Source: Candidatus Gottesmanbacteria bacterium (lineage in GTDB: Bacteria; Patescibacteriota; Microgenomatia; JAMCYU01). Taken from it: a stretch of DNA of 64,000 nucleotides. A model generated the notes under the pieces. It did not search any database. It was not told the DNA's origin and saw nothing but the letters and a program-made list of their open reading frames with translations. Positions 55,414-64,000 of this stretch are shown piece by piece (within the stretch, counting starts at the first letter, position 1; every line of letters starts with the position of its first letter). The position numbers and the translations under genes were made by a program. The stretch is from NCBI GenBank assembly GCA_043801155.1, contig JAZDMI010000021.1, positions 130,683 to 194,682 on the forward strand. Direction: 5' to 3'.

Positions 55414-55912
55414 TAAGGGTTTTTCTCTAATTGAACTGTTGGTAGCAATGGCGATTATTAGCAGCTTATCTCTTTTGACCGTGCATCTCCTATACGGTAC
55501 CGTAGCTACCAGAGCTAAACAATATTCGATCGAGGGAGCAAATGATAATATGCGCTTGTTGATGAGCAATATCACTAAAGAAATCCAAAATGCCAACATA
55601 GTATCTATTGATAATTATTATACGTTGAAATTAACTGGCGATATTTGCCGGACAATTATATGGAATCGGGTCGACCAGATTAAAGAAGCTGTTGATAAGG
55701 CAAATCCCTGTCTACCACCGGCTGAGACTTCTACGGATTTTTTTCCAATCAGCAAGGACCAAATTACCATTAATAAAGTTGAATTTTCATCACTGCCGGC
55801 GACCGGTCAGCCCAAAATAATAACCATTAAAATTAGTGGAATATATAACGATAATTTTGGGAGTCACCCGGTTAATCTGGAGACATCAGTAACGCCAAGA
55901 GTTGTCTTTTAA
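55388..55912 (+). CDS. Prepilin-type protein (minor pilin)
   Basis: KG/FSLIELLVAM with Glu at +5. Confidence 0.65.
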   Translation: MKVMLRHTNKGFSLIELLVAMAIISSLSLLTVHLLYGTVATRAKQYSIEGANDNMRLLMSNITKEIQNANIVSIDNYYTLKLTGDICRTIIWNRVDQIKEAVDKANPCLPPAETSTDFFPISKDQITINKVEFSSLPATGQPKIITIKISGIYNDNFGSHPVNLETSVTPRVVF

Positions 55913-55914
55913 AT

Positions 55915-57297
55915 ATGATAAAAACAAAAAAAACACGCAACCAAACAGGCCAGGCAGCGATTTTACTCATTTTTGCTTTGGGACTAATTATTGTCCTGAT
56001 TGGATTATCATTAATCAAAACCGGAACTTTAGAATCATTGATGAGCCGGTCAGAGATTGGTTCTACCAAAGCCTTTTACATCGCCAATGCCGGCGTCGAA
56101 AAAGCATATAGTCTTATTAAGAACGATACTTATACGAGTCCTTTTCCGCTTAATCTTGAAAGTGGCTCCGCCCAAGTTAGTGTGACTGATAATGGTAACC
56201 GTAAAATAATTGAATCAAGGGGTACTACCCAGGGAACATCTGCTAATTTTACGCGTAAACTAATAGTTACTTTACAAAAAACTTCTGGGCTTGATTATGC
56301 AGTTCATGCAGGTAGTGGTGGTTTTGAACTAGATGTTAATTCATTGATTACTGGAAAAAATGGTGCTTCCGGTAATGTTTATTCCAACGGTGATATTATG
56401 GGCAAAAGTAGTGCTCATTCTGACGGTCATTGTATTAAAAACAAGGAAAATGAAGCTGGATCTGTGATTGAAGGTTCGGTAACGGCCGTTGGTAATATCA
56501 TTAAGTATAAAGGGGGCGATGGAGTTTGTGTCGAACAAAGCCTCAGCGCTAACGATCTAAAAGAATGCTATGTAGTTGGATTACGTAGCGGAGTTAATAT
56601 TGATAATGATAATTGTCCATCGGCTGCGATCGAACCACCAGTTATTCTCAATACGCCTCCACCTGTTATTAAATTACCACTTATGGGAGAAGATGAGGTT
56701 ATCGCCGATATCAAGACAACGCCTTTCCCTAATGATTGTACTTTGGGTGGACATATAACTTCTGAAGATTGTTCGTTTGGAAGTAATAAAATTGGCCCTT
56801 TAATAATTAAAGGCGGCCTGACAATTGAATCAAATACAAATGTAATATTTTCTGGACCTGTCTATATTCAGGGGAACTTAACAATTAAAAGCCATGTAAA
56901 TATATCCATGGATCAGACGAATCCTGCTTGTATAAGTCAAATGATTATTACTACTGGAAGTATATCAATCGCTAGCTACGTAAATATTGGTAACCAATCA
57001 TGCGATCCTTCAGGAAAGGCGTTTTTATTATTTATATCAAAACAAGTTGCGAGTGGATCTGATATTTGTCAAGATCCAACAATTTCTCTTTCTTCAAATA
57101 CGGATACAGTATTGTTCTATACAAATGATGGTTGTATTAATATTGCTTCTAAACTAGATGTTCATGGTACGATACTTGGTAAAAAGATTCATGTTTCTAG
57201 TAATTCAACCATTGAATATGATCCGGATTTAAAATTTGCTGATTTTGGTCCGCAGCAAGAAGGAGACTGGCAGACATTGTCGTTCAAGGAAGAATAA
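55915..57297 (+). CDS. PilX-N-like pilus-associated protein with a large beta-rich extracellular domain
   Basis: The N-terminal QTGQAAILLIFALGLIIVL segment resembles the PilX_N domain. No Glu at +5. Confidence 0.4.
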   Translation: MIKTKKTRNQTGQAAILLIFALGLIIVLIGLSLIKTGTLESLMSRSEIGSTKAFYIANAGVEKAYSLIKNDTYTSPFPLNLESGSAQVSVTDNGNRKIIESRGTTQGTSANFTRKLIVTLQKTSGLDYAVHAGSGGFELDVNSLITGKNGASGNVYSNGDIMGKSSAHSDGHCIKNKENEAGSVIEGSVTAVGNIIKYKGGDGVCVEQSLSANDLKECYVVGLRSGVNIDNDNCPSAAIEPPVILNTPPPVIKLPLMGEDEVIADIKTTPFPNDCTLGGHITSEDCSFGSNKIGPLIIKGGLTIESNTNVIFSGPVYIQGNLTIKSHVNISMDQTNPACISQMIITTGSISIASYVNIGNQSCDPSGKAFLLFISKQVASGSDICQDPTISLSSNTDTVLFYTNDGCINIASKLDVHGTILGKKIHVSSNSTIEYDPDLKFADFGPQQEGDWQTLSFKEE

Positions 57298-57353
57298 TCA
57301 TTGTATTTTTATACAAATATGGTATATTTTAGTAGCTTGTAAATGGAAATTGT

Positions 57354-58790
57354 ATGAATACATATTTATTAGGTATAGAATGGTCAGAAACTAATCCTAA
57401 AATCGCCTGTTTCCGTAAACGGGGAAGTAAGTACGATCTTTTCAAGCTTGATGAGCTGTCGATAGAAAAACAAACGGAAGATAATATTGTCAAAGCCTTT
57501 TCTGACTGGCTAAAAAATAATATTCCCCAGAATAGCCAGATAAAGACCTTTTTAGCCTTACCGGAATCCTATATTTTCTTAAAAGAAACCGAGTTGCCAA
57601 AAATAAATGAAAAAGAGCTTGATGAAGCTGTTTTCTGGGAGACTTCTTTATTTACACCTTTATCTCCATCTAATGTCGTCGTCCAATGGCGAAAAATTTA
57701 TGAAACAGATAAAAATCTATATGTTTCCGTTATTGCGGTTAAAAACGATGTCGTCGAACGATTGGTATCAATTTTTGATCAAATAGGACTTCCCATTTTA
57801 GCCATTGAGCCAACATCATTATCTTTGTCGAGATTATTACCCACCGTGTCAGATAAAATAACTCTTTTGGCTTCTGCGGGTACTGACGAGACAAATTTTA
57901 TTGTTATTAAGAACGGTTCACCGATTTTTTCTAATTCGATTCCGATTACCTTGACCGGGATGAAGACTAAAAAAGAGAAATTAGATGAGGATATTGCAAA
58001 TAGTTTAGCTAATAGCGTCAGGGAAGTCATTTATTTTTTGGAACAGAAAAAAGAGGGGACGGTTCAGGAAGTTGTCATTGCCGGCGATGTTGTTAGTTAT
58101 TCCGGTTTAGCATCGACAATTAATAACTATATTCACTTACCGACAATTTGGGGAAAATTTCCTGCTTTTAATTTTTTAAGACCGATATTAGGTTCAAAAC
58201 AGACTATTAGTCGATATCTAGTTGCCCTGGGTGCGGCTATTCGGCCGCTTATAGGCAGCGAAAGGGTAAACCTTCTGCCTTATAAAAATAGGCAGTTATT
58301 CGAAAAAGACGAACAGCAAAATTTCCTAATCAAAAGGATAAATATTTTATCAGGATTATCTCTTTTAATTTTAGCTGTATTTTTATTGCTGGCTACGGGA
58401 TTTGCGTTGTGGAATAGATCTCTCGGCGGGCAGCTTGACCAGGCAAGAATTTCAATTAACACCCACCCGGCTCAAAAATTGATTAATGATATCAAAGTAA
58501 CCAATAATCTGATTACCCAAGTTGGCCGGTTAGTAACCGAACAGAAAGACAGCGGAGAAAAACTACAATTATTTGCCTCTTTAGTTCCGGCCAATATTCG
58601 CCTGACGAGCCTGACTATAAATATGGATAAAAAAGACGAATGGAAGATTGCCGGAATCGGAGATAGACAAACAATTATTGCTTTTTATCAGCAATTAGTA
58701 GATAAAAGTGGCGCTCGACATGTTAGCATGCCCTATTCTAATTTACAAAAAGACAAAGACGTCGACTTTAAGATAACAATCGTATGGTAA
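57354..58790 (+). CDS. pilM: PilM-like actin-fold protein fused to a PilN-like TM/periplasmic segment
   Basis: ~330-aa cytoplasmic domain, then a TM segment (INILSGLSLLILAVFLLLATGFALW), then a ~120-aa tail. Position within the pilus operon. Confidence 0.5.
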   Translation: MNTYLLGIEWSETNPKIACFRKRGSKYDLFKLDELSIEKQTEDNIVKAFSDWLKNNIPQNSQIKTFLALPESYIFLKETELPKINEKELDEAVFWETSLFTPLSPSNVVVQWRKIYETDKNLYVSVIAVKNDVVERLVSIFDQIGLPILAIEPTSLSLSRLLPTVSDKITLLASAGTDETNFIVIKNGSPIFSNSIPITLTGMKTKKEKLDEDIANSLANSVREVIYFLEQKKEGTVQEVVIAGDVVSYSGLASTINNYIHLPTIWGKFPAFNFLRPILGSKQTISRYLVALGAAIRPLIGSERVNLLPYKNRQLFEKDEQQNFLIKRINILSGLSLLILAVFLLLATGFALWNRSLGGQLDQARISINTHPAQKLINDIKVTNNLITQVGRLVTEQKDSGEKLQLFASLVPANIRLTSLTINMDKKDEWKIAGIGDRQTIIAFYQQLVDKSGARHVSMPYSNLQKDKDVDFKITIVW

Positions 58791-59323
58791 AAATTATCAA
58801 TAATATTAATAAAAATATCCTGATTTTTCCTGCTTTAGTATTGGCGATTATCCTAGTTTTGTTAATCGTAACCGGAAATTTTCTTTATCAGAAAGCATTA
58901 ACAATTAAAGACAGCCAACAAAAATTATCTATTCTTAAGCAGGACTTATTCTATTTAGATAAAATTATCAGCGATAAAAATGCCAGTCAGTACCAAATAA
59001 ATGAGATGGTAAAATCTTTACCCGCCAGTTACAACGACGTCGTTACCTTCGTATCGCAAATCGAAAGAATCGCCACTCAAAGCAGTCAAAAGATTGAAAT
59101 TAATATTGCCGAAAAGGCAATCCCGGAAACAGGAAATCTGGCCAGTATTAAATTGTCCATCAAAACAATTGGTTCATATAATGGATTTACCAAGATGATA
59201 TCTAATTTTTCCAGTTTACCATTCCATACCAAAGTTGATTCGATCTTAATTGAACAAAATAAAGAAGAACTTTCTGCTTTAACCGAGTTAAGACTATTTA
59301 AGAGGGAAGAGGAGATAAAATGA
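58784..59323 (+). CDS. PilO-like bitopic membrane protein
   Basis: N-terminal TM segment plus coiled-coil; operon position. Confidence 0.35.
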   Translation: MVKIINNINKNILIFPALVLAIILVLLIVTGNFLYQKALTIKDSQQKLSILKQDLFYLDKIISDKNASQYQINEMVKSLPASYNDVVTFVSQIERIATQSSQKIEINIAEKAIPETGNLASIKLSIKTIGSYNGFTKMISNFSSLPFHTKVDSILIEQNKEELSALTELRLFKREEEIK

Positions 59324-59574
59324 AAAGAATAACCGAAAACCTATTTTTCTTTATCATATTAATCTATTGTTTCAGCGTTCTTTTTTTCCTGGCAAAAGTC
59401 GTAGTTAAAATCAATGTTAAACAGCAATCCCTTGTCGAATCGCCGATTCCCATACTAGCGGTTGGTAAGCTCAATAATGTCTATCAAGTTCTGGTTAATA
59501 GAGAACAGATAAATTATCCAAAAGTCGATTTAGGAAACTTCAAATTCGGCAAAACAGAACCTTTCAGTCCTTAA
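59320..59574 (+). CDS. Small membrane protein (PilP-like?)
   Basis: 84 aa with one TM segment; operon position only. Confidence 0.25.
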   Translation: MKRITENLFFFIILIYCFSVLFFLAKVVVKINVKQQSLVESPIPILAVGKLNNVYQVLVNREQINYPKVDLGNFKFGKTEPFSP

Positions 59575-59575
59575 A

Positions 59576-60115
59576 ATGGATTTAAATAAAAAACATATAG
59601 ATGTTAAAGGATTTACCCTAATTGAACTTTTATTGGTGATTGTGGTTATCGGAGTGCTGGCCACCGTCGGTTTATCAATATTAAATCCTCAGGAAATGAA
59701 CCGCAAAGCCAGAGACAGTAGAAGACTATCAGACTTAGGGATGCTGCGTCGATCACTGGACATGAGCATGTCTGATGGAAATAAGTTACCGAACACTAAT
59801 AAGAATCCTGTAGTGATTGATTCATCAATGAGCCCGTCCACTTTTGGGGGCGGGCTTGGTATAGATATCAGTAAATATATACCATCAATACCTCAAGATC
59901 CTTCATATAGCTCGGGTGGAGATCTCCAAATTGCCAAAGGAGATTGTATTACAGGTACAGCTACCAGTACGATGCAATATGAATTCTCAAGCAACGGGAC
60001 GACGTATATCCTTAGATCTCGTTTGGAATCAGTAAGTAATTGCCGTTTACTATCTGATGATGGTAATAATGATGATTATTATGAATTAGGGACTCAACCT
60101 GGCTTGAAATGGTAA
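59576..60115 (+). CDS. pilA: Type IV major pilin
   Basis: Leader MDLNKKHIDVKG / FTLIELLLVIVVIGVLA with Glu5, and a C-terminal Cys pair (C..C). Confidence 0.75.
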   Translation: MDLNKKHIDVKGFTLIELLLVIVVIGVLATVGLSILNPQEMNRKARDSRRLSDLGMLRRSLDMSMSDGNKLPNTNKNPVVIDSSMSPSTFGGGLGIDISKYIPSIPQDPSYSSGGDLQIAKGDCITGTATSTMQYEFSSNGTTYILRSRLESVSNCRLLSDDGNNDDYYELGTQPGLKW

Positions 60116-60205
60116 GCTTATCATATTTTTGATATTATTCGATATTTTTATTACCAGTTGACAGGAGTATTCAATTTATAGTATTAAAATAGAGTCAGTT
60201 ATTTT

Positions 60206-61567
60206 ATGGTAAAAAAACTATTTTTATTTCTAGTTTTTGTCATTATTTTTAATGCTCCCGCTTTCGCCCAGACCCCATCTGATTCCGATAAATTTTCACC
60301 TAATGAAATAATTGTTAAATTTAAAGAAAACGTAACCCAAGACCAGATAAATAAACTAAACCAAGAATTAGGTGCTCAAGTATCCAAAAAACTATCCTTA
60401 CCTAAAGTTTTTACCTTAAAGGTGCCTGAAAAACAGACAGCCAAATATGTTGATAAATATAATAAGAGTACCCTAGTTGAATATGCTGAACCTGATTTTC
60501 AAGCCGAAGCGTTACAGGAATTATTACCACCAAATGATACATATTTTAGCAACCAATGGGGTTTACCGAGAGTTCAGGCCTTGGAGGCTTGGGATATCAA
60601 CGAAGGTTCAGCTAGTACTCAAATTGCTATTCTTGACACCGGTATTGATAAAGACCATGAGGATTTAGTTAAAAAGGTAGATAAATGGATTAATTTTACA
60701 GCGAGTATAACCGACGATGATCTATATGGTCATGGAACGCATGTTGCTGGGATTGCGGCAGCGGAAACTGATAACCATCTTGGGGTGGCCGGGTTAGGAT
60801 ATAATACACATCTTATATCGGTGAAAGTCTTAGATGATAAGGGTTCAGGTTATTATTCCTGGATTATTGAAGGAATCAAATGGGCTTCGGATAATAATAT
60901 TAAAGTCATAAATCTTAGTCTTGGTGGTCCCAGTCGCTCTAAAGCCCTCGAGGAAGCCGTAGATTATGCTTTTAATCATGGTTCAATTTTGACTTGTGCT
61001 GCCGGAAATTCAGGTAATAAGTCTCCGACCTACCCGGCTTATTACAAAAATTGTATCGCCATCGCTGCTACTGACGAAAATGATAAAAAAGCTAGTTTCT
61101 CAAGCTTTGGCAGCTGGGTAGATGTGGCTGCTCCGGGTGTAAATATTTTTTCAACATTTCCCAACCACCCTTATAAAATTGGGAAAAACGTAAATTATGG
61201 CTATGGGTCAGGAACTTCAATGGCCACACCATTTGTAGCCGGACTAGCCGGGTTATTATTCGGTGCAGATCCCGGGTTATCAGCAGTAGAGGTCCGTAGT
61301 TTAATTGAAAATAATGCTGATAAAATAGCCGGAACCGGAAATTATTGGTCTAAGGGCAGAATTAATGCCTATCATTCAATTACGGCTATTCCAAGTATAG
61401 CGTTACCTACCAATGTTGAAAAAAATAAACCCAAGACAACACCAACACCCTTACCAGTATCAACTTCTAATGAAATTCCTCTTTCTCCAGCCCCAACTTC
61501 ATCCTCAAATCTGGTCCAAAGCCCGGGTTGGTGTAGTTTGTTAATTCCGCTTTGTCAGGAAAGCTAG
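60206..61567 (+). CDS. Secreted subtilisin-like serine protease (S8) with an I9 propeptide
   Basis: Signal peptide and catalytic triad motifs AILDTGID, HGTHVAGI and GTSMATP. Confidence 0.9.
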   Translation: MVKKLFLFLVFVIIFNAPAFAQTPSDSDKFSPNEIIVKFKENVTQDQINKLNQELGAQVSKKLSLPKVFTLKVPEKQTAKYVDKYNKSTLVEYAEPDFQAEALQELLPPNDTYFSNQWGLPRVQALEAWDINEGSASTQIAILDTGIDKDHEDLVKKVDKWINFTASITDDDLYGHGTHVAGIAAAETDNHLGVAGLGYNTHLISVKVLDDKGSGYYSWIIEGIKWASDNNIKVINLSLGGPSRSKALEEAVDYAFNHGSILTCAAGNSGNKSPTYPAYYKNCIAIAATDENDKKASFSSFGSWVDVAAPGVNIFSTFPNHPYKIGKNVNYGYGSGTSMATPFVAGLAGLLFGADPGLSAVEVRSLIENNADKIAGTGNYWSKGRINAYHSITAIPSIALPTNVEKNKPKTTPTPLPVSTSNEIPLSPAPTSSSNLVQSPGWCSLLIPLCQES

Positions 61568-61644
61568 GCAACATTTTTTTTAACTTCGCTTAACTCCATT
61601 AGAACGAAACTTGTAGTTTCGTTTAACTTCGTTATAATATATTT

Positions 61645-62595
61645 ATGAGGTCATTTGCTTTCCGTTTTTTACTTCCTCACGAAAGTAATAATTTTAAACC
61701 ACACTCTCTCCATTTATCGGCCATTGTATTTTATATAATTATTTTTTTGCTTTTACAAACCTCGCTGCGGATTTTAAAGTTGACCCGCCCCGATATATTA
61801 GGTTTTGCTACCGATATAAACATTGAAAAAGTTGTTAATCTAACTAATAATGTCCGAGCAGAAGCCGGGCTTACTCCTTTAAGTCTTAATAATGAATTAT
61901 CAGCCGCAGCAGCAGCCAAAGCCAATGATATGTTTAATAAAAACTATTGGGCTCACTTTGCGCCTGACGGAACAACTCCTTGGATTTTTATTCAAAACGC
62001 AGGCTATCATTATCTTTATGCTGGAGAAAATCTCGCCAAAGACTTTAATGATTCTCCGGGAGTAGTGTCAGCCTGGATGGCATCGCCAACCCACAAAGAT
62101 AATATTTTAAAAAAAGAATATCAGGATATCGGTTTAGCTGTTGTTAATGGTCGATTAGGCGGAGAAGAGACTACTTTAGTAGTGCAACTTTTTGGCACGA
62201 AGCAACCAAGTACCATAGCCGTTAAACCTGTTGTTATTCCTCCGGTAGCAGCTACAAGTCAGACAAGCGAAATAATAGCTTCTCCTACGCCTACGCCTTT
62301 AGCCGAATCTACTCCAATTCCATCACCGGAATTAGTGAGCAATATTAAACCAATGGTTCTTTCAAATATAAAAGTACAAGGTGTTAAACGTAATCCGATA
62401 TTAAATTTTTTTGCCATTAGTAAAGATATGGCGACTATAGTAACTTTACTATTACTTGGTTTGTTAATTATTGACGGAGCTTTTATCTGGCGCAAAAGAA
62501 TTGTTAGGGTTTCTGGACATAATGTTGCCCATGTTATCTTTTTAGCCGGTATGTTAGGCGCACTTTGGGTTACCAGTCAAGGAGTAGTCCTATGA
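61645..62595 (+). CDS. CAP (SCP/PR-1-like, YkwD-type) domain membrane protein
   Basis: CAP motifs (NYWAHF..., YLYAGENLA) flanked by TM helices. Confidence 0.6.
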   Translation: MRSFAFRFLLPHESNNFKPHSLHLSAIVFYIIIFLLLQTSLRILKLTRPDILGFATDINIEKVVNLTNNVRAEAGLTPLSLNNELSAAAAAKANDMFNKNYWAHFAPDGTTPWIFIQNAGYHYLYAGENLAKDFNDSPGVVSAWMASPTHKDNILKKEYQDIGLAVVNGRLGGEETTLVVQLFGTKQPSTIAVKPVVIPPVAATSQTSEIIASPTPTPLAESTPIPSPELVSNIKPMVLSNIKVQGVKRNPILNFFAISKDMATIVTLLLLGLLIIDGAFIWRKRIVRVSGHNVAHVIFLAGMLGALWVTSQGVVL

Positions 62596-62894
62596 TAGAA
62601 GATAGATATGATCGCAGTGTTGTTAAACTATCGTTATCCACAATTAACGATGTTAAAACTCATTTTTGGCATTATTTAATTTTGCTAATGATAATTGCTA
62701 TTGGTGGTATTGCCTTTATTAAACAAACAAATATCCAGAATAGATTTTATATTGGTAGTTTGGTTGCCATTGCTTATGTATTTTGGGGAATTTTTCACCA
62801 TTTAATGGAAAAGAACCTAAAATTAAAAATTGTGATAGAATATAGTCTCATTGCCCTTATGGCTGTTGTTTTATTAGGAGGAATATTACTATGA
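62565..62894 (+). CDS. Small 3-TM membrane protein (hypothetical)
   Basis: Hydrophobic ORF that overlaps neighbouring genes by a few codons. Confidence 0.3.
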   Translation: MGYQSRSSPMIEDRYDRSVVKLSLSTINDVKTHFWHYLILLMIIAIGGIAFIKQTNIQNRFYIGSLVAIAYVFWGIFHHLMEKNLKLKIVIEYSLIALMAVVLLGGILL

Positions 62895-63631
62895 AAGGCG
62901 TCATTTTGGCTGGAGGACTTGCTACTAGACTTAGACCTTTAACCTTAGTTACCAATAAACATCTGTTACCGATTTATAATAAACCCATGATTTTTTACCC
63001 CTTAGAAGCAATGAAAAAAGCGGGGGTTAAAGAAGTATTGCTTACAACTTCTCCTGACTATGCTGGACACTTTGCAAATCTTCTTAAGAGTGGAGAAGAT
63101 TTTGGTTTACGTCTATATTATGCAGTGCAAAAAAATCCGAAAGGTGGCATTGCTGATGCCATAGCTTTAGCTGAAGAATTTGCCGAAAATGATAAAACTT
63201 TAGTTATTTTAGGAGATAATATTTTTAATTTTGACTTAAAAAATACGGTAGAGAGGTTTAATAAAAAAAAGCAGGGGGCTATGGTCTTTGGAGTAAAAAT
63301 GCCAACAGAATCAAAACAGTATGGTGTGATTGAGATTGAAAAAACAGGAAAGGTTTTGTCTATCGAAGAAAAACCAGAACATCCCAGATCGAATATTGCC
63401 CAAACCGGAATTTATATGTATGATGAAAGACTATTTGGGTTTATAAAGAAACTTAAACAATCAGCAAGAGGTGAATTAGAAGTTACAGATTTAAACAATT
63501 GTTATGTTGAAGAAGGATCAATGGTATGTGAAGTTATTGACTGGTGGGTAGACGCTGGAACCTCTCACGATGAACTCCTGCGAGCAAACAACCTAGTTGC
63601 TGAGAAGATAAATCAAGGAGAGTTAATTTAA
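62891..63631 (+). CDS. Sugar-phosphate nucleotidyltransferase (short RfbA-like glucose-1-phosphate thymidylyltransferase)
   Basis: N-terminal GxLAGGLATRLRPLT motif. Confidence 0.8.
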   Translation: MKGVILAGGLATRLRPLTLVTNKHLLPIYNKPMIFYPLEAMKKAGVKEVLLTTSPDYAGHFANLLKSGEDFGLRLYYAVQKNPKGGIADAIALAEEFAENDKTLVILGDNIFNFDLKNTVERFNKKKQGAMVFGVKMPTESKQYGVIEIEKTGKVLSIEEKPEHPRSNIAQTGIYMYDERLFGFIKKLKQSARGELEVTDLNNCYVEEGSMVCEVIDWWVDAGTSHDELLRANNLVAEKINQGELI

Positions 63632-63784
63632 ATTAATACACCATTAATGCTAATAATCTTTTATTGAGAAAGGGAATCTGCGTTGGTTAAGACTTAAAGA
63701 GTTTTTGGTTAGACGTAGGAACCTTTAAAAGTCTATATTTGGCTAATAAATATTGGGCGGAAAAGGGGATGAGATAGGTATTCC

Positions 63785-64000
63785 ATGAAGAAGACCTGGT
63801 TAACGTTATCATCAAAAGTATTACATGGGAACGACTATTTTTCTCTATACGAGGATACTTATCAAAAACCTAATGGATTAATAAGTAAATATTTTTTTAT
63901 AAAAAAAAGACCTTTTGTGTCCATTATCCCCTTTGCATCGGAAAATGAAATTTATTTAGTTAGACAATTTCGTTATACAATACAAGAACATACATGGGAA
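63785..64000 (+). CDS. NUDIX hydrolase (ADP-ribose pyrophosphatase-like), 3' partial at the window edge
   Basis: ATG at 63785. Translation MKKTWLTLSSKVLHGNDYF...VSIIPFASENEIYLVRQFRY matches Nudix N-terminal strands. Not in the ORF track because it is truncated. Confidence 0.55.
   Translation, partial: MKKTWLTLSSKVLHGNDYFSLYEDTYQKPNGLISKYFFIKKRPFVSIIPFASENEIYLVRQFRYTIQEHTWE

Noticed and set aside
1-64000. CRISPR arrays and rRNA genes
   Set aside because: I found no array of regularly spaced short direct repeats and no rRNA-like conserved stretches anywhere in the window. The only repeats are the two dispersed families described above and intragenic domain repeats.

Overview
This is a low-GC window (by eye roughly mid-30s %) that is gene-dense and almost entirely coded on the + strand. 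Its gene content looks like a reduced-genome CPR/Patescibacteria-type bacterium: archaeal-type AspRS/AsnRS, a class I LysRS, no respiratory genes and a large surface/pilus cluster. The first ~43 kb holds housekeeping genes. These are a partial class II aaRS fused to a YbaK domain, a PBP5-like DD-carboxypeptidase, gltX, tRNA-Gln, two NUDIX hydrolases, an Rrf2 regulator with sufCB(D)SU, korAB (2-oxoacid:ferredoxin oxidoreductase), an L,D-transpeptidase, lon, a class A beta-lactamase-like hydrolase, tRNA-Glu, greA, a class I lysK, an HD hydrolase, rdgB, serS, a spermidine-synthase-like MTase, secA, a GT39-family glycosyltransferase, an SPFH protein, prfB, ftsEX with an M23 EnvC-like peptidase, VanZ and tsaE-tsaC-tsaB. 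The last ~20 kb is a cell-surface locus. A Cys->Ser sortase paralog and a canonical TLxTC sortase flank a 2203-aa LPATG adhesin, which carries a second signal-peptide module in the same ORF. A type IV pilus operon follows (pilB, pilC, three prepilins, a PilX-like protein, a pilM/N fusion, a pilO-like protein and the major pilin). After it come an S8 subtilase, a CAP-domain protein, an RfbA-like nucleotidyltransferase and a partial NUDIX gene. The most unusual signals are two families of short structured repeats. Family 1 is a 28-36 nt asymmetric inverted-repeat pair that brackets a GIY-YIG gene and, separately, a YbaK domain that it fuses in-frame to the aaRS. Family 2 is a ~138-bp element with terminal inverted repeats that are kept complementary between copies by paired, compensatory base changes. 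It has three copies: one intergenic, one extending the sufU ORF and one inserted in-frame inside the MTase gene. There is also a GC-richer foreign gene after tRNA-Gln, a greA leader with a promoter followed by a terminator (a GraL-like arrangement), and a poly-Lys micro-ORF plus terminator ahead of secA.
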